64,000 nt of DNA from Thermodesulfobacteriota bacterium (GCA_965198945.1 CBDAQI010000011.1:1-64000), one strand, 5' to 3'; shown: positions 8,992 to 20,002, counted from the stretch's first letter. Notes: generated from the sequence alone by a model not told the origin. A program made the numbers and translations.

Positions 8992-10821
8992 TTACTCCAC
9001 CGTCACAACCTTGGCAAGGTTTCTCGGCTGGTCAACATCTTTGCCGAGTGTGCGCGCCACGTGATATGCAAACAACTGCAAAGCGATGACCGAGACGAGC
9101 GGATTTGTGATAATACCGCACTCAGGCACTCTTATCACCCTGTCTTTTTCATCCAGGTTCGGCAAGTCAGTCCCGGACGTTATGGCGATAACTCTTCCGC
9201 GCCGCGCCTTTACTTCGGCCATGTTGGAAAGCAGTTTTTCAAATGATTTTTCCTCCGGCGAGGGGAACACAAAAACCACCGGCATTTTTTCATCAATCAG
9301 CGCTATGGGGCCGTGCTTCATCTCACCGGCGGCCGCGGCTTCGGCGTGTATGTATGACAATTCCTTCAGCTTCAGAGCTCCTTCAAGCGCCACCGGATAT
9401 CCGAGCCCGCGGCCCAGATACATCAGGTTTGAGTATCCGGAAAATTCAGCCGCGATTTCGGCTATTTCATCATCAAGAGCGAGACATTTTGACTGCAGTT
9501 CCGCCACCCGGCGCAGCTCCTTTTCCATCTTCCGCGCTTGTTCTCCGATCATTCCGCGGGCTCTTGCAAAAAACAGCGCGAGAGCGCAGAAAACCGCCAC
9601 CTGTGTGGTGAAGGTCTTTGTTGATGCCACCGACACTTCCCGCCCGGCTTTTGTCAGAATAACATTGTCCGCCTCTCCCAAAATTTTCCCGAAGGGGTTG
9701 TTTGTCACAACCGCCGTCTTCGCTCCTCTCGCTCTTGCTTCCGCAAGGGCAAGGGAGGTGTCCATTGTTTCTCCGGACTGTGATACGGCGACTGCCAGAG
9801 TTCCGGGACCCAGTTCGGAGCCCCGGTAACAGAACTCCGAGGCGATTTCAGCGTCCGCGGGTATCTTGGATAGGGACTCAATCAGATAACGCCCCGCAAT
9901 TGAAGCGTAATGCGAAGTGCCGCATCCGAGGAAAATAATTCTTTCAACACCCCGCGCAAAGTCGCCGTCCAAGCCTTCAAAAGGCACATCGGCGCCGTGC
10001 AGCCTGCCTCTCAAAGTGTTTGTGATGGCATGCGGCTGGTCATAAATCTCCTTTATCATATAGTGCGAAAAACCCTCTTTGTCCGCAAGCATGTAGCCGT
10101 CATCTTCAACTGTTTTTGAGGGGCGTTTTACGATGTTGCCGTCCGAATCGGTTATCGTGACGCCTTCGGGTTTCAAGACCGCCAAATCCCCGTCCCTGAG
10201 CATGGTGAATTTTCCGCACCACTCTGAGAGAGCGGGCACATCGGATGAAACAAATTTTTCGTCCTCCGTGTCCGCGATTACAATAGGCGAAAACCTTTTG
10301 GCGGCGACTATGGTGTCGGGCTCTTTCTCGGACACCACCGCAATTGCCAGACACCCTTTTATTTCGGCAAACGCTTTTCTTACGGCGTCCGCAACCGTGT
10401 CTCCCGATTCATGGAATCCGCAAATAAGATGGGCTATGACTTCGGTATCAGTATCTGAGACAAAAACTCTTCCTTCCGCCTCCAGACTCAGGCGCAGGGT
10501 TTTCCAGTTTTCAACAACTCCGTTGTGAACAACGCTTACGGGGCCTGCTCTGTGCGGGTGCGCGTTGGCGCGGCTTTCGGGGTCTCCGTGAGTGGCCCAG
10601 CGCGTGTGTCCTATTCCCGCTCCGCCCGCGGGAGGAGGGGAGCCCATTTCTTTGACAAGCCGGTCTATTTTGCCCGGGCTTTTGAAAACCGAAGCGCCGT
10701 TTTCCCCGACAATGCATATCCCGGCGGAGTCATAGCCGCGGCTGTCAAGTTTTTCAAGTCCGGAGCGAATGACATCGCATGTTCTTTCCGGAAATCCGAC
10801 ATAGCCGATTATTCCGCACAT
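8992..10821 (-). CDS. glmS: Glutamine-fructose-6-phosphate aminotransferase
   Basis: MCGIIG start (TGATG overlap with glmU), GHTRWATHG, SQSGET, PRNLAKVVTVE. Confidence 0.98.
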   Translation of the reverse strand: MCGIIGYVGFPERTCDVIRSGLEKLDSRGYDSAGICIVGENGASVFKSPGKIDRLVKEMGSPPPAGGAGIGHTRWATHGDPESRANAHPHRAGPVSVVHNGVVENWKTLRLSLEAEGRVFVSDTDTEVIAHLICGFHESGDTVADAVRKAFAEIKGCLAIAVVSEKEPDTIVAAKRFSPIVIADTEDEKFVSSDVPALSEWCGKFTMLRDGDLAVLKPEGVTITDSDGNIVKRPSKTVEDDGYMLADKEGFSHYMIKEIYDQPHAITNTLRGRLHGADVPFEGLDGDFARGVERIIFLGCGTSHYASIAGRYLIESLSKIPADAEIASEFCYRGSELGPGTLAVAVSQSGETMDTSLALAEARARGAKTAVVTNNPFGKILGEADNVILTKAGREVSVASTKTFTTQVAVFCALALFFARARGMIGEQARKMEKELRRVAELQSKCLALDDEIAEIAAEFSGYSNLMYLGRGLGYPVALEGALKLKELSYIHAEAAAAGEMKHGPIALIDEKMPVVFVFPSPEEKSFEKLLSNMAEVKARRGRVIAITSGTDLPNLDEKDRVIRVPECGIITNPLVSVIALQLFAYHVARTLGKDVDQPRNLAKVVTVE

Positions 10822-12215
10822 CAGCTTTTTTCTTTCCCGCCTGCAGGTTTGCGCCACTTGCCGATTTCTTTCTGTCTGCTTCTGCCGACGGCAAGAGTGT
10901 TCGGGGAAACATCTTTTGTTATTACCGACCCCGCGCCCGTCGCCGCGCCTTTCCCGATTTTTACCGGAGCCACGAGCATTGTGTCACTGCCGATGAAAAC
11001 CCCGTCTCCGATTTTTGTGCGATGTTTGTCCGCGCCGTCATAGTTGCATGTGATTGTTCCGGCCCCTATGTTGACACGGGCGCCGAGCTCTGAATCTCCA
11101 ATATATGAGAGGTGCGGGACCTTGGAGTTTTTCCCGACCGAAGATTTTTTGATTTCAACAAAAGAACCGGCTTTTGCTCCCTCCATAAGGAGAGAGCCCG
11201 GGCGCAGTCTCGCAAAGGGGCCGGCAGTTGCCCCGGCGCGCATGACACATCCGTCAAGCATTGAAGAAAACTCCACACGGCAGCCCCCGGCAAGTTTGCT
11301 GTTTTTGATTTGAGAGCCGGACTCTATTACACAGTCCGCGCCTATGCTGCTGCTATTTATGAAACAGCACGGGTGTATGATTGTTCCCCTTCCTATTTTT
11401 GTCTCAGGGCAGACGTAACTTGTCGCGGGATCAAGTATAACAACGCCGCGCCTGATGAGACGCGCGTTTACCGTTTCTCTCATAAAAGTTTGAGCGGCGG
11501 CGAGTTCCTCCCGTGTGTTGACACCGGCGATTTCTCCAAAGTCCGCAGACACGACCGTGCAGACCCGCTTCCCGCCGCGCAGAGCGGCTTCAACGAGGTC
11601 TGTGATGTAGTATTCATGACCGGCATTTTTTTTCTCAAGAGACCCGATAGCGTCGCGCAGGAAGCTGATTGCGAAGCAGTATATCCCCGCATTCACTTCT
11701 CGTATTTTTTTCTCATCGGCACTTGCGTCTCTGTGTTCAACTATTTTTTCCGGTTCGCCGCTCCGCCCGCGCACCACCCGTCCGTATCCGTCCGCATTTT
11801 CCGCAAGAGCGGTTACGAAGGAGACTGCCGCATCGTTTTTCCCGTGGTTTGACACCAGTTTTTTAATCAAAGCGCCCGTAACCGCGGGCATGTCGCCGTT
11901 TATGACGACAACGTTTCCCCGCTTGCCCGCGATGGCTTCAAGCGCGGTTGAGAGAGCGTGCCCCGTGCCCTGCTGTTTTTTCTGGAGAATAAAACGGAAG
12001 ACACCCTCGTTTGTCCCGCCGGGAGAAAGGCATTCAACCACCGAGTCGGAATCAAAGCCGACCACCACAACTGTTTTTGAAGGTTTCAGAGGCGTCAGGG
12101 AAGCCGCGACATGGCGGACGATCGGTGTTCCCAGAACCGGAAGCAGCCCCTTCTGGCGCTTGCCGCCCATTCTGGAACTGTTCCCCGCACAGAGAATTAC
12201 GGCATAAAAAGACAA
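10821..12215 (-). CDS. glmU: Bifunctional UDP-GlcNAc pyrophosphorylase/acetyltransferase
   Basis: QQGTGHA, GYGRVVR, hexapeptide repeats, HLSYIGD, GAGTITCNYDG. Confidence 0.97.
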   Translation of the reverse strand: MSFYAVILCAGNSSRMGGKRQKGLLPVLGTPIVRHVAASLTPLKPSKTVVVVGFDSDSVVECLSPGGTNEGVFRFILQKKQQGTGHALSTALEAIAGKRGNVVVINGDMPAVTGALIKKLVSNHGKNDAAVSFVTALAENADGYGRVVRGRSGEPEKIVEHRDASADEKKIREVNAGIYCFAISFLRDAIGSLEKKNAGHEYYITDLVEAALRGGKRVCTVVSADFGEIAGVNTREELAAAQTFMRETVNARLIRRGVVILDPATSYVCPETKIGRGTIIHPCCFINSSSIGADCVIESGSQIKNSKLAGGCRVEFSSMLDGCVMRAGATAGPFARLRPGSLLMEGAKAGSFVEIKKSSVGKNSKVPHLSYIGDSELGARVNIGAGTITCNYDGADKHRTKIGDGVFIGSDTMLVAPVKIGKGAATGAGSVITKDVSPNTLAVGRSRQKEIGKWRKPAGGKEKS

Positions 12216-12242
12216 AATTTAAGTCCGCAGAAGAAACTCATA

Positions 12243-12668
12243 TTAAAACGGAATGTCATCATCCATATTGCTTTCAGGTATTTCAAGCGGAGGTTTGGCT
12301 GGTTCGTCGCTGGGGGGCTGTTCTCCGGAAGCTTCGCGCGAGCCGCCGAGAAACTGGAGTTCTCTTGCGTTTATCTCCGTTGTGTATTTTGTGTTTCCGT
12401 CCCTGTCTTCCCACGACCTTGTCTGTATTGAGCCTTCCACATAAACGGGCCTGCCTTTGGACAGATACTGCCCGCAGATTTCAGCGAGCCTGCCCCAGGC
12501 GACAATTCTGTGCCACTCCGTTCTTTCACGTTTTTCTCCGTCTTTACCGGTCCACGATTCGTTTGTGGCCACGGAGAAATTTGCAACCGCCTGACCCGAA
12601 GCTGTGTATTTCATCTCAGGGTCGCTTCCGACATTTCCTATTAAAATTGCTTTGTTTATTCCTCTCAT
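12243..12668 (-). CDS. ssb: Single-stranded DNA-binding protein
   Basis: [17 protein letters not shown]-terminal DDDIPF. Confidence 0.98.
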   Translation of the reverse strand: MRGINKAILIGNVGSDPEMKYTASGQAVANFSVATNESWTGKDGEKRERTEWHRIVAWGRLAEICGQYLSKGRPVYVEGSIQTRSWEDRDGNTKYTTEINARELQFLGGSREASGEQPPSDEPAKPPLEIPESNMDDDIPF

Positions 12669-12703
12669 AGCCCCTCCGGGAACGGAAATTTAATGTCTCT
12701 ATT

Positions 12704-13297
12704 TTATCGTTTCCTCACTGATCGCGCAACGGATTTCTCACAGGGGAGAATTTTCAAGAGCTTTTCAACAATCCTTGCCGTCATTCCCCATATTTTCTGT
12801 CCCCCGCAGAAAAACTCGGGCTTTTCCTTGCCACCGCCGCGCTTCAAATCACAGACGGGCATCCAGAATATTTGCTCAACCTCGTCTCTGACCCGTGCCT
12901 CGGGATCTGAAAAAAGCGCACAGACAAAGGGTGTTACCATATATGCTTTGCCCTTGCTCCCTGCCGAAAGCGCTGGAATTTCATCATCAAGTCTTCCCGC
13001 AATTTTTGCTTTGCTTTCAAGATCAACCCCGATTTCCTCTCTGGTTTCCCTTATTGCGGTTGCGAGCAGATCTGCATCATTTTCCTCTTTCATTCCTCCG
13101 GGGAAAGCCATATGGCCCGAAAACCTGTCCTGCGGATTTTGAGACCGTTTGATAAAGCACAGTTCCACTCCCCTCCGGCCGCGCTTGAAAATCACCATCA
13201 CCGCCGCAGGCACGGCATATTCCGGTGTTTCAAGCATCCGGACTGGACGCGCGGCTATATTTTTTTCAAGACCCGCTATGAAGTTTTCATATAACAT
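12704..13297 (-). CDS. Nudix hydrolase, CoA pyrophosphatase family
   Basis: AFPGG..E...ATAIRETREEIG; IWGMTA. Confidence 0.9.
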   Translation of the reverse strand: MLYENFIAGLEKNIAARPVRMLETPEYAVPAAVMVIFKRGRRGVELCFIKRSQNPQDRFSGHMAFPGGMKEENDADLLATAIRETREEIGVDLESKAKIAGRLDDEIPALSAGSKGKAYMVTPFVCALFSDPEARVRDEVEQIFWMPVCDLKRGGGKEKPEFFCGGQKIWGMTARIVEKLLKILPCEKSVARSVRKR

Positions 13298-13298
13298 T

Positions 13299-15257
13299 TC
13301 ACTTCAGACTCGCCTTTATGTTTCCCCATCTGTCCGTTTCACACTCAAATTCCCGTGTTATTATCAACACTGAACTGTTTTCAAGAACAAGGGCCGGGCC
13401 GTCAAACCTGAACCCCGCTTCCAATTCCGGGCGTTCATAAACCTTGAAACTTTTTAACGCCCCCCCGGCCCAAATTTCTTTCTCACGAGTGCCGGGCGGT
13501 TTTCCGCCATATGGACGGATTTCGGGTGTCTCAGCGAGGCTTTTCCCGCTGTGAAACCGTATTCTTACCGAGGTGGTTTCCACGGGCCTGTCCGGCATTG
13601 AGTATCCGAATCTTTGAAAATGCAAGAGGTGAAAAGCGGAAACAAGTTCGCCGGAAAACGGAACGGTTATCTCGTGTGACTGTCCCCGGTATCTCATGTC
13701 AACAAACCGTTGGGTTTGGAAATCGCCTCCTTCTCCATGCTCCGCCCGTGCCTTGTTTTCAAGTTCCCCCAGAGCGTCCGGCACTTTTCCGGTTTCATCT
13801 TCGGGGTTGGCAAAAAAGCTTTTCACATAGTCTGTGTATATGTCTGACAGAAGCATTCCAAGGGCCGAAAGCGCCGCCGGATATGCGGGGAAAATCACCT
13901 TTTCCATGCCGGTTTCAAGCGCGAGTTCACAACAGTGAAGCCCGGCGGCGCCGCCAAAACCGAAAAGCGAAAATTCTCTGATGTCAACCCCTCTGTCCGC
14001 GGCTATCACCCTTATAAGCCTTTCCATTGATGAGTTGACGACTTTTATGACTGATTCGGCTTTTTGCAAGACATCTTTTGAACCCATTTCAAGATTTTGT
14101 ATGGCGGCATGGGCTCTTTGCGGAAAAATTTTTTTTCTTCCGCCGAGAAAACGCTCCGCATCTATTCTTCCGAGCACCACATTGGCGTCCGTAACGGTCG
14201 GAAAGTTTCCTTTTCCGTAACATGCGGGCCCCGGTTCGGCTCCGGCGCTCTGCGGTCCGGTTTTTAAAATCCCCCCGGAATCTATTCGCGCTATTGAGCC
14301 GCCCCCCGCCCCGATGGTCGCTATGTCCACACAAGGGACTCTGAGCGGAATACCTCCCACGCTGCTTTGGGCTGCAAACGCAGGCGCGCCGTCGCAAAGC
14401 GACACATCGGTTGAGGTGCCTCCCATATCAAGGGTTATTATTTTTGTCTCACCCGTCTTCTCAGCCGTTTTGAAAGCCCCGATCACTCCGGCCGCCGGTC
14501 CCGATGTGGCTATTTTTACGGGCTCATCCGCAACTTTGTCCGGCGATGTGATTCCGCCGCTTGATTGAACTATTGAAACCTTTGCTCTGCCGAGAGAGGA
14601 TGAGAGAGATTTCATGTAGTTTGCGACCTTTGGAATCAAATAAGAGTTTGCGACCGTTGTGGAAGCTCTTTCATATTCCCTGAATTCCGGAGACACGTTT
14701 GACGAAACGGACACCGCGATACCGAGCTCCCTGATTTTACGGGCGGCCTCCAACTCATGGGACGGATTGGCGTAGGAATGAAGAAAACAGACTGCGGCCG
14801 ATTCGGCTCCGAGTTTTTCAACGGCCTCCCGCAGTTTTTTAAGTTCTTTGTCCGAAAAAGGAACGGCAACGGCTCCGTCCGGGCCAATTCTTTCTTTTGC
14901 GCCCACCCTCATTGAGCGCGGCGTAAGACTTTTGTCTTTTTCCCAGAAAAGGTCGTAGAGACTGCCGCGGTTTTGCCTTCCTATTTCAATGATGTCTTCA
15001 AAACCCCGGGTTGTTACAAAGACCGTTTTGGCGCCTTTTCTTTCTATAAGAGTGTTTGTCGCCACGGTTGTTCCGTGGATAACTTCAAAGTTTTCCGGGA
15101 AATTTTTTGAAAGATGTGAAACGCCTTGAACTATTGCGAGGACGGGATTTTCAGGTCTAGAGGGAACTTTGTGAACCCGCACCGCACCGTCTTTGAAGAA
15201 AGCGAAATCGGTAAAAGTTCCTCCGACATCAATTCCTATTTTGAGCTTGAAGCTCAT
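13299..15257 (-). CDS. Hydantoinase/oxoprolinase subunit A family
   Basis: GIDVGGTFTD, HGTTVATN, SGPAAG, DMGGTSTDV, SAGAEPGPACYG. Confidence 0.93.
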   Translation of the reverse strand: MSFKLKIGIDVGGTFTDFAFFKDGAVRVHKVPSRPENPVLAIVQGVSHLSKNFPENFEVIHGTTVATNTLIERKGAKTVFVTTRGFEDIIEIGRQNRGSLYDLFWEKDKSLTPRSMRVGAKERIGPDGAVAVPFSDKELKKLREAVEKLGAESAAVCFLHSYANPSHELEAARKIRELGIAVSVSSNVSPEFREYERASTTVANSYLIPKVANYMKSLSSSLGRAKVSIVQSSGGITSPDKVADEPVKIATSGPAAGVIGAFKTAEKTGETKIITLDMGGTSTDVSLCDGAPAFAAQSSVGGIPLRVPCVDIATIGAGGGSIARIDSGGILKTGPQSAGAEPGPACYGKGNFPTVTDANVVLGRIDAERFLGGRKKIFPQRAHAAIQNLEMGSKDVLQKAESVIKVVNSSMERLIRVIAADRGVDIREFSLFGFGGAAGLHCCELALETGMEKVIFPAYPAALSALGMLLSDIYTDYVKSFFANPEDETGKVPDALGELENKARAEHGEGGDFQTQRFVDMRYRGQSHEITVPFSGELVSAFHLLHFQRFGYSMPDRPVETTSVRIRFHSGKSLAETPEIRPYGGKPPGTREKEIWAGGALKSFKVYERPELEAGFRFDGPALVLENSSVLIITREFECETDRWGNIKASLK

Positions 15258-15296
15258 TTACGGGTCAGAATTACCCCCGTTGCGCCAACCGTCTCT

Positions 15297-15602
15297 TCAG
15301 TTTTTTCCGCCTTCGGGGTAAGACAGCTCAATTTCTCCTTCCGCTATCTCTTTGAGAGCGCTGAGAACGGGTTTGTGTTCTTCATTGATTTGCGAGCTTC
15401 TGTCAATTGATCTTTCCACGACTTCGGGTGAGGGAATCTCAGTTGTTTCTTCAGACTCTGATACTTCAGCCATCTTTTTTGCCTTCTCAAGGGCTTCCAC
15501 TTTCTTTTCCACTATCTGTTTTGCTCTTTTCATTGCGACAACGGAAAGCGCAAATCTGTTTTCCACAATTTCCATACAGTCTTCTATCGTAACTCTTGCC
15601 AT
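15297..15602 (-). CDS. rpoZ: RNA polymerase omega subunit with internal acidic insert
   Basis: MARVTIEDC..NRF.L..VA.KRAKQ ... KP...AL.EIAEG. Confidence 0.93.
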   Translation of the reverse strand: MARVTIEDCMEIVENRFALSVVAMKRAKQIVEKKVEALEKAKKMAEVSESEETTEIPSPEVVERSIDRSSQINEEHKPVLSALKEIAEGEIELSYPEGGKN

Positions 15603-15685
15603 GTCAGCAAACTCCCGTGCCGCGGCCGTCTGTTAATCCACGGCTCGTGCATGTAAAGTATAACACAAATCGGTTTATTGGAAAG

Positions 15686-16357
15686 ATGGCAATGGATACC
15701 GGGCTGGTAAAATTCGGGAAAGACGGGCTTGTTCCCGTGATAGTTCAGGACTGTGAGAATGGAAGGGTTCTTATGATGGCGTGGGCGAACGAGGAGGCCT
15801 TGAGAAAAACCGGAGAAACGGGCCTGACCCATTTCTGGAGCCGCTCGCGTGGAAAACTCTGGAACAAGGGTGAAGAGTCCGGGAACTTTCAAGAGGTCAG
15901 AGAAATACTTTTTGACTGCGATCATGATTGCGTTCTTGTGCTTGTCCGGCCCCGGGGGCCTTCCTGCCACACGGGAGAGGAAACCTGTTTTCATAACGGA
16001 GAAAACGGCCGTCCGGCCTCCCTTCCGGCTTTTGAAAAAGGCTCCATGGCCGCCATGGGAAAGGTTTTTCAAATCCTGAAAGACAGGAAGCAAAATCCTA
16101 AAAAGGGCTCTTATACAAGCGCTCTTTTTGAGGCCGGAACGGACAGAATTGCAAGGAAAATAGCCGAAGAAGCCGGAGAGACCATAATTGCCGCGAAAAA
16201 TTTTAATCGTGAAGAACTGATATCCGAAACGGCCGACCTGTGGTTCCATTGCATGTTGATGCTCGCTGATCAGGGGCTTTCTCCGGCGGACATAGACAGG
16301 GAGTTTGAAAAAAGACTGGGCGTTTCGGGTTCGGAGAGAAAAAACAAAAAACCTTAA
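15686..16357 (+). CDS. hisIE: Bifunctional phosphoribosyl-AMP cyclohydrolase/phosphoribosyl-ATP pyrophosphatase
   Basis: WSRSR.KLW.KGEESG, DCDHD, CHTG..TCF, SYT..L, KIAEEAGE, ADLWFH. Confidence 0.95.
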   Translation: MAMDTGLVKFGKDGLVPVIVQDCENGRVLMMAWANEEALRKTGETGLTHFWSRSRGKLWNKGEESGNFQEVREILFDCDHDCVLVLVRPRGPSCHTGEETCFHNGENGRPASLPAFEKGSMAAMGKVFQILKDRKQNPKKGSYTSALFEAGTDRIARKIAEEAGETIIAAKNFNREELISETADLWFHCMLMLADQGLSPADIDREFEKRLGVSGSERKNKKP

Positions 16358-16372
16358 AAGGGCGGTCATTAA

Positions 16373-18148
16373 ATGTGGGCACTTAAAAGAACAGACAACT
16401 GCGGAGCTTTGCGCTTATCCGATGAAGGACGCGATGTTACCGTTATGGGCTGGGTTCAGTCAGTCCGTGATCACGGAGGGGTGATTTTCGTTGATATACG
16501 CGACCACGAAGGCATTGTTCAGGCCGTTTTTGACCCCTCAAGGGGAAGTCCGCATTCGGTTGCGGAAGCTTTTAGAAGCGAATGGGTTGTGGCCGTTTGC
16601 GGAAAGGTTATAAAAAGAGACGAGGCGATGATTAACGATTCCATGCCCACCGGGGAAATAGAAGTGGTCGCTTCAGAGTCTGTTGTGTTAAACACCTGCC
16701 CGGAACTTCCGTTTCCGATTGAAGATGAGATTGGAGCCGATGAGCCGGTCAGGATGAAATACAGGTTTCTTGACCTTCGCAGACCGGTCATGCATGAGGC
16801 CCTTCTTCTCCGTCACCGTGTTGTTTCCGCGGCGCGCGCTTTTCTGGAATCGTCCGGTTTTGCGGAGATAGAAACTCCGATTCTTACAAAAGCCACACCT
16901 GAAGGGGCAAGGGATTTTGTTGTTCCGTGCAGACAGACTGACGGACATTTTTATGCGCTGCCGCAGTCTCCGCAGATTCTAAAACAGACTCTTATGGCTT
17001 CGGGGTTCAACCGCTACTATCAGATAGCGCGCTGTTTCCGTGACGAAGACCTCAGGGCGGACCGGCAGCCGGAGTTTTCTCAAGTGGACATTGAGATGGC
17101 TTTCGCAGATGAGCATGATGTTATGGATGTTGTTGAGGGGCTTCTCAAGCGGTGTTTTGAGGTCGGGGAAATACGGGTTGATTTGCCTTTCCCCAAAATT
17201 GACTACAAAGACGCAATCGCCCTTTACGGAAACGACCATCCCGACATGCGGTTCGGTCTTGAGCTTTGCGAGGTGTCCGAAGTTTTTGAAGCCACCGGAT
17301 TCAAGGTTTTTGCATCCGCTCTCTCAAGGGGCGGAATTATAAAGGCGCTCGCATTTGAGGAGGGCTCCGCCGCTCTTTCAAGAAAAGACATAGACGAATT
17401 GACCGAAGAGGCGATTTCAATGGGCGCCGGCGGCCTTGCGTGGATAAGAATCACTGCGGACGGGCAGTGGCAGTCTCCGGTGGCAAAGTTTCTTTCGGAA
17501 GATGAAAAAACCGCGCTTCTCGGCAAAACCGGGCTCGCGGATTCAAAGACCGGAGGACTAATCTTTTTCGGCGCGGGCGACCAGGCGACAGTCAATACGG
17601 TTCTTTCTGCCACCAGAATCTCAGTCGCGCGGCGTCTCGGTCTTATAAAAGAGAATGATTATAAATTCGTGTGGGTGGAAAATTTCCCCCTGTTTGAGCG
17701 CGAACCGGGCGGACGCCTGAAGGCGGTTCACCACCCATTTACGGCGCCGATTGGCGGAAGTGCGGCGGAGATTGAATCTTCTCCCGAAGAGGCGCTTTCA
17801 AGAGCCTACGACATAGTTCTGAACGGTGTGGAGCTTGGCGGGGGCAGCATAAGAATACACACGAGGGAAATGCAGGAAGCGGTTTTGAGGGTTGTGGGAA
17901 TTGATAAAGACAAAGCCGAGGAGCAATTCGGGTTTTTTCTCAGAGCCCTTGAGTTTGGGGCTCCCCCGCACGGCGGAGTTGCTCTGGGGCTTGACAGGCT
18001 GCTGATGATGATTGCCGGAAGCGGCACCATAAGAGATGTTACGGCTTTTCCCAAAACCCAGAAAGGGGTTTGTCCGCTTACCGGAGCTCCCTCGGCAATA
18101 GAGTCGGAGAGGATGGCGGAGCTCGGTTTGAGAAAAGTTGAAAGCTGA
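16373..18148 (+). CDS. aspS: Aspartate-tRNA ligase
   Basis: RDHGG, TPEGARDF, ALPQSPQ, FRDEDLRADRQPEF, GAPPHGG. Confidence 0.98.
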   Translation: MWALKRTDNCGALRLSDEGRDVTVMGWVQSVRDHGGVIFVDIRDHEGIVQAVFDPSRGSPHSVAEAFRSEWVVAVCGKVIKRDEAMINDSMPTGEIEVVASESVVLNTCPELPFPIEDEIGADEPVRMKYRFLDLRRPVMHEALLLRHRVVSAARAFLESSGFAEIETPILTKATPEGARDFVVPCRQTDGHFYALPQSPQILKQTLMASGFNRYYQIARCFRDEDLRADRQPEFSQVDIEMAFADEHDVMDVVEGLLKRCFEVGEIRVDLPFPKIDYKDAIALYGNDHPDMRFGLELCEVSEVFEATGFKVFASALSRGGIIKALAFEEGSAALSRKDIDELTEEAISMGAGGLAWIRITADGQWQSPVAKFLSEDEKTALLGKTGLADSKTGGLIFFGAGDQATVNTVLSATRISVARRLGLIKENDYKFVWVENFPLFEREPGGRLKAVHHPFTAPIGGSAAEIESSPEEALSRAYDIVLNGVELGGGSIRIHTREMQEAVLRVVGIDKDKAEEQFGFFLRALEFGAPPHGGVALGLDRLLMMIAGSGTIRDVTAFPKTQKGVCPLTGAPSAIESERMAELGLRKVES

Positions 18149-18196
18149 CGATGTCCGGGTTGCCGTGCTCAACTTCTTTGGCGGCCGCATAGTCAA

Positions 18197-19108
18197 ATGA
18201 ATCTTTTTTTTATGGGAACACCGGAATTTGCCTCAGTTTCGCTCAAAGCGCTTGCGCAAACACATAATGTTATGAGGGTTGTCTGCAGGCCTGACAAGCC
18301 AGCCGGTCGCGGAAGACGCTTGTCTGCTCCCGATGTGAAAAGAGTGGCGCGTGAGCTTTCAATTCCGGTTCTTCAACCTGAAAGTCCGGGGGAGATTATC
18401 GCAGAAATTAAAAAACTAAAGCCTGAATCTGTCTGTGTAGTGGCTTACGGAAAAATTATTCCGCAAGCGATGCTGGGGCTTGTACGGCACGGGTTTATCA
18501 ATTTGCATGCCTCGCTCCTGCCCGCATACAGGGGGACGGCTCCCATAAACCGGGCCGTAATGGCCGGAGAAAAAAAGACCGGTGTTACGACAATGCTGAT
18601 CAATGAAAAACTTGATTCCGGCGATATTTTGCTTCAAAAAGAGGTTGCCGTCAGAGACGGTGAAGATTCTGAGAGGCTCGCTTGCAGGCTTGCGGCAGAG
18701 GGAGCGGCTCTGTTGATTGAAACGCTTGCGGGAATTGAAGACGGCTCGGTCCGCCCGGTTGCACAGAATGATTTGGATGCGACATATGCTCCGATTCTTA
18801 CAAAAGAAGACGGACGCATAGACTGGGGAAAACCAGCTCACGAAATAATAAACAAAATACGGGGCGCTTTGCCCTGGCCCGGCGCATTCACCGTTCTTCG
18901 CGGAAAAACCCTGAAAATATTTCAAGCCGCAGAATCATCCGGAGAAGGAAAACCCGGAGAAATTTTGAAATCCGGAAGCGCCTTAATTGTGGCCGCCGGA
19001 AGCGGCGCCGTTGAAATCAAACAGCTTCAGCTTGAGGGAAAAAGAAGAATGGATGCCGCCGATTTTCTCCGGGGCGCGGATTTCAAAACAGTATGTTTTC
19101 TCGGTTGA
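18197..19108 (+). CDS. fmt: Methionyl-tRNA formyltransferase
   Basis: FMGTPEFA, NLHASLLP.YRG.API, LD.GD. Confidence 0.97.
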   Translation: MNLFFMGTPEFASVSLKALAQTHNVMRVVCRPDKPAGRGRRLSAPDVKRVARELSIPVLQPESPGEIIAEIKKLKPESVCVVAYGKIIPQAMLGLVRHGFINLHASLLPAYRGTAPINRAVMAGEKKTGVTTMLINEKLDSGDILLQKEVAVRDGEDSERLACRLAAEGAALLIETLAGIEDGSVRPVAQNDLDATYAPILTKEDGRIDWGKPAHEIINKIRGALPWPGAFTVLRGKTLKIFQAAESSGEGKPGEILKSGSALIVAAGSGAVEIKQLQLEGKRRMDAADFLRGADFKTVCFLG

Positions 19109-19111
19109 GAA

Positions 19112-20002
19112 CTAATCGCCATTGTGCCTTGTCGCCCACATCAATTTTGTTTTCAGAATTGAGAAATAGTCCATAAAGGGCGATTTTACGAGATTAACCG
19201 AAGATTCTGATTTGGTTACCACAATCTCATAACCCGCGCCGACCGGGAAGTCAATCTGCCCGTCAAGGGTTGCTCTGAGTTTTCGGCTTTCCGACAGGGG
19301 AGGGGAGCGGAAACGGATTTCCCTTTCATTTGAAACAACAAGGGGACGGTTCGCCAGCGTGTGCGGGCAGATGGGGGTTATAACTGCGAGAGGAAGAGTG
19401 GGGTAAACCACCGGGCCTCCGGCTGAGAGAGAGTATCCGGTGGAACCCGTTGGTGTGGAGCATATTATTCCGTCCGCCTTGAATGTTGTTATATGAGAGC
19501 CGTCTATGTGGAGTTCAAGGTCTGTTATTTTTGTCGATTCGGCGCCGTTCACAACAATCTCATTGAGCGTCTCACCCACGCGCGTTTTCGTGCCGTTTCC
19601 CTCAACACAGACCGAAAACATGTCTCTGCGCTCAACTTTATAGTCTCCGCTGACAATTTTTTCAACCATCCGCTCCGTCTCATCAACTTTGCATTCGGCG
19701 AGAAAGCCCAGTCCGCCGAGGTTTATGCCGAGCATCGGGGTGGAACTCCCGCTCAAAAGACGAGCCGCGCTGAGAAAAGTGCCGTCTCCCCCCAGAGAGA
19801 AAACCATGTTTGAGAGAGACGGAATTTCATTTGCATCGGCGAGGCCTGAAACACCTGACAGTTTTCCGAGTTCCTTTTCAACCACATGTTCAATGCCGGT
19901 TTTTTCAAACATTCTGCAAAGCCGCACAGTCATTTTTCTGACTTCTTTGCTGCTTTTCATTCCCACGATTCCTATCTTTCTGATTTTTTTTGCTCCTGCC
20001 AT
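19112..20002 (-). CDS. nadK: NAD+ kinase
   Basis: GGDGTFL, NE, DG..STPTGSTGYSLSAGGP. Confidence 0.96.
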   Translation of the reverse strand: MAGAKKIRKIGIVGMKSSKEVRKMTVRLCRMFEKTGIEHVVEKELGKLSGVSGLADANEIPSLSNMVFSLGGDGTFLSAARLLSGSSTPMLGINLGGLGFLAECKVDETERMVEKIVSGDYKVERRDMFSVCVEGNGTKTRVGETLNEIVVNGAESTKITDLELHIDGSHITTFKADGIICSTPTGSTGYSLSAGGPVVYPTLPLAVITPICPHTLANRPLVVSNEREIRFRSPPLSESRKLRATLDGQIDFPVGAGYEIVVTKSESSVNLVKSPFMDYFSILKTKLMWATRHNGD

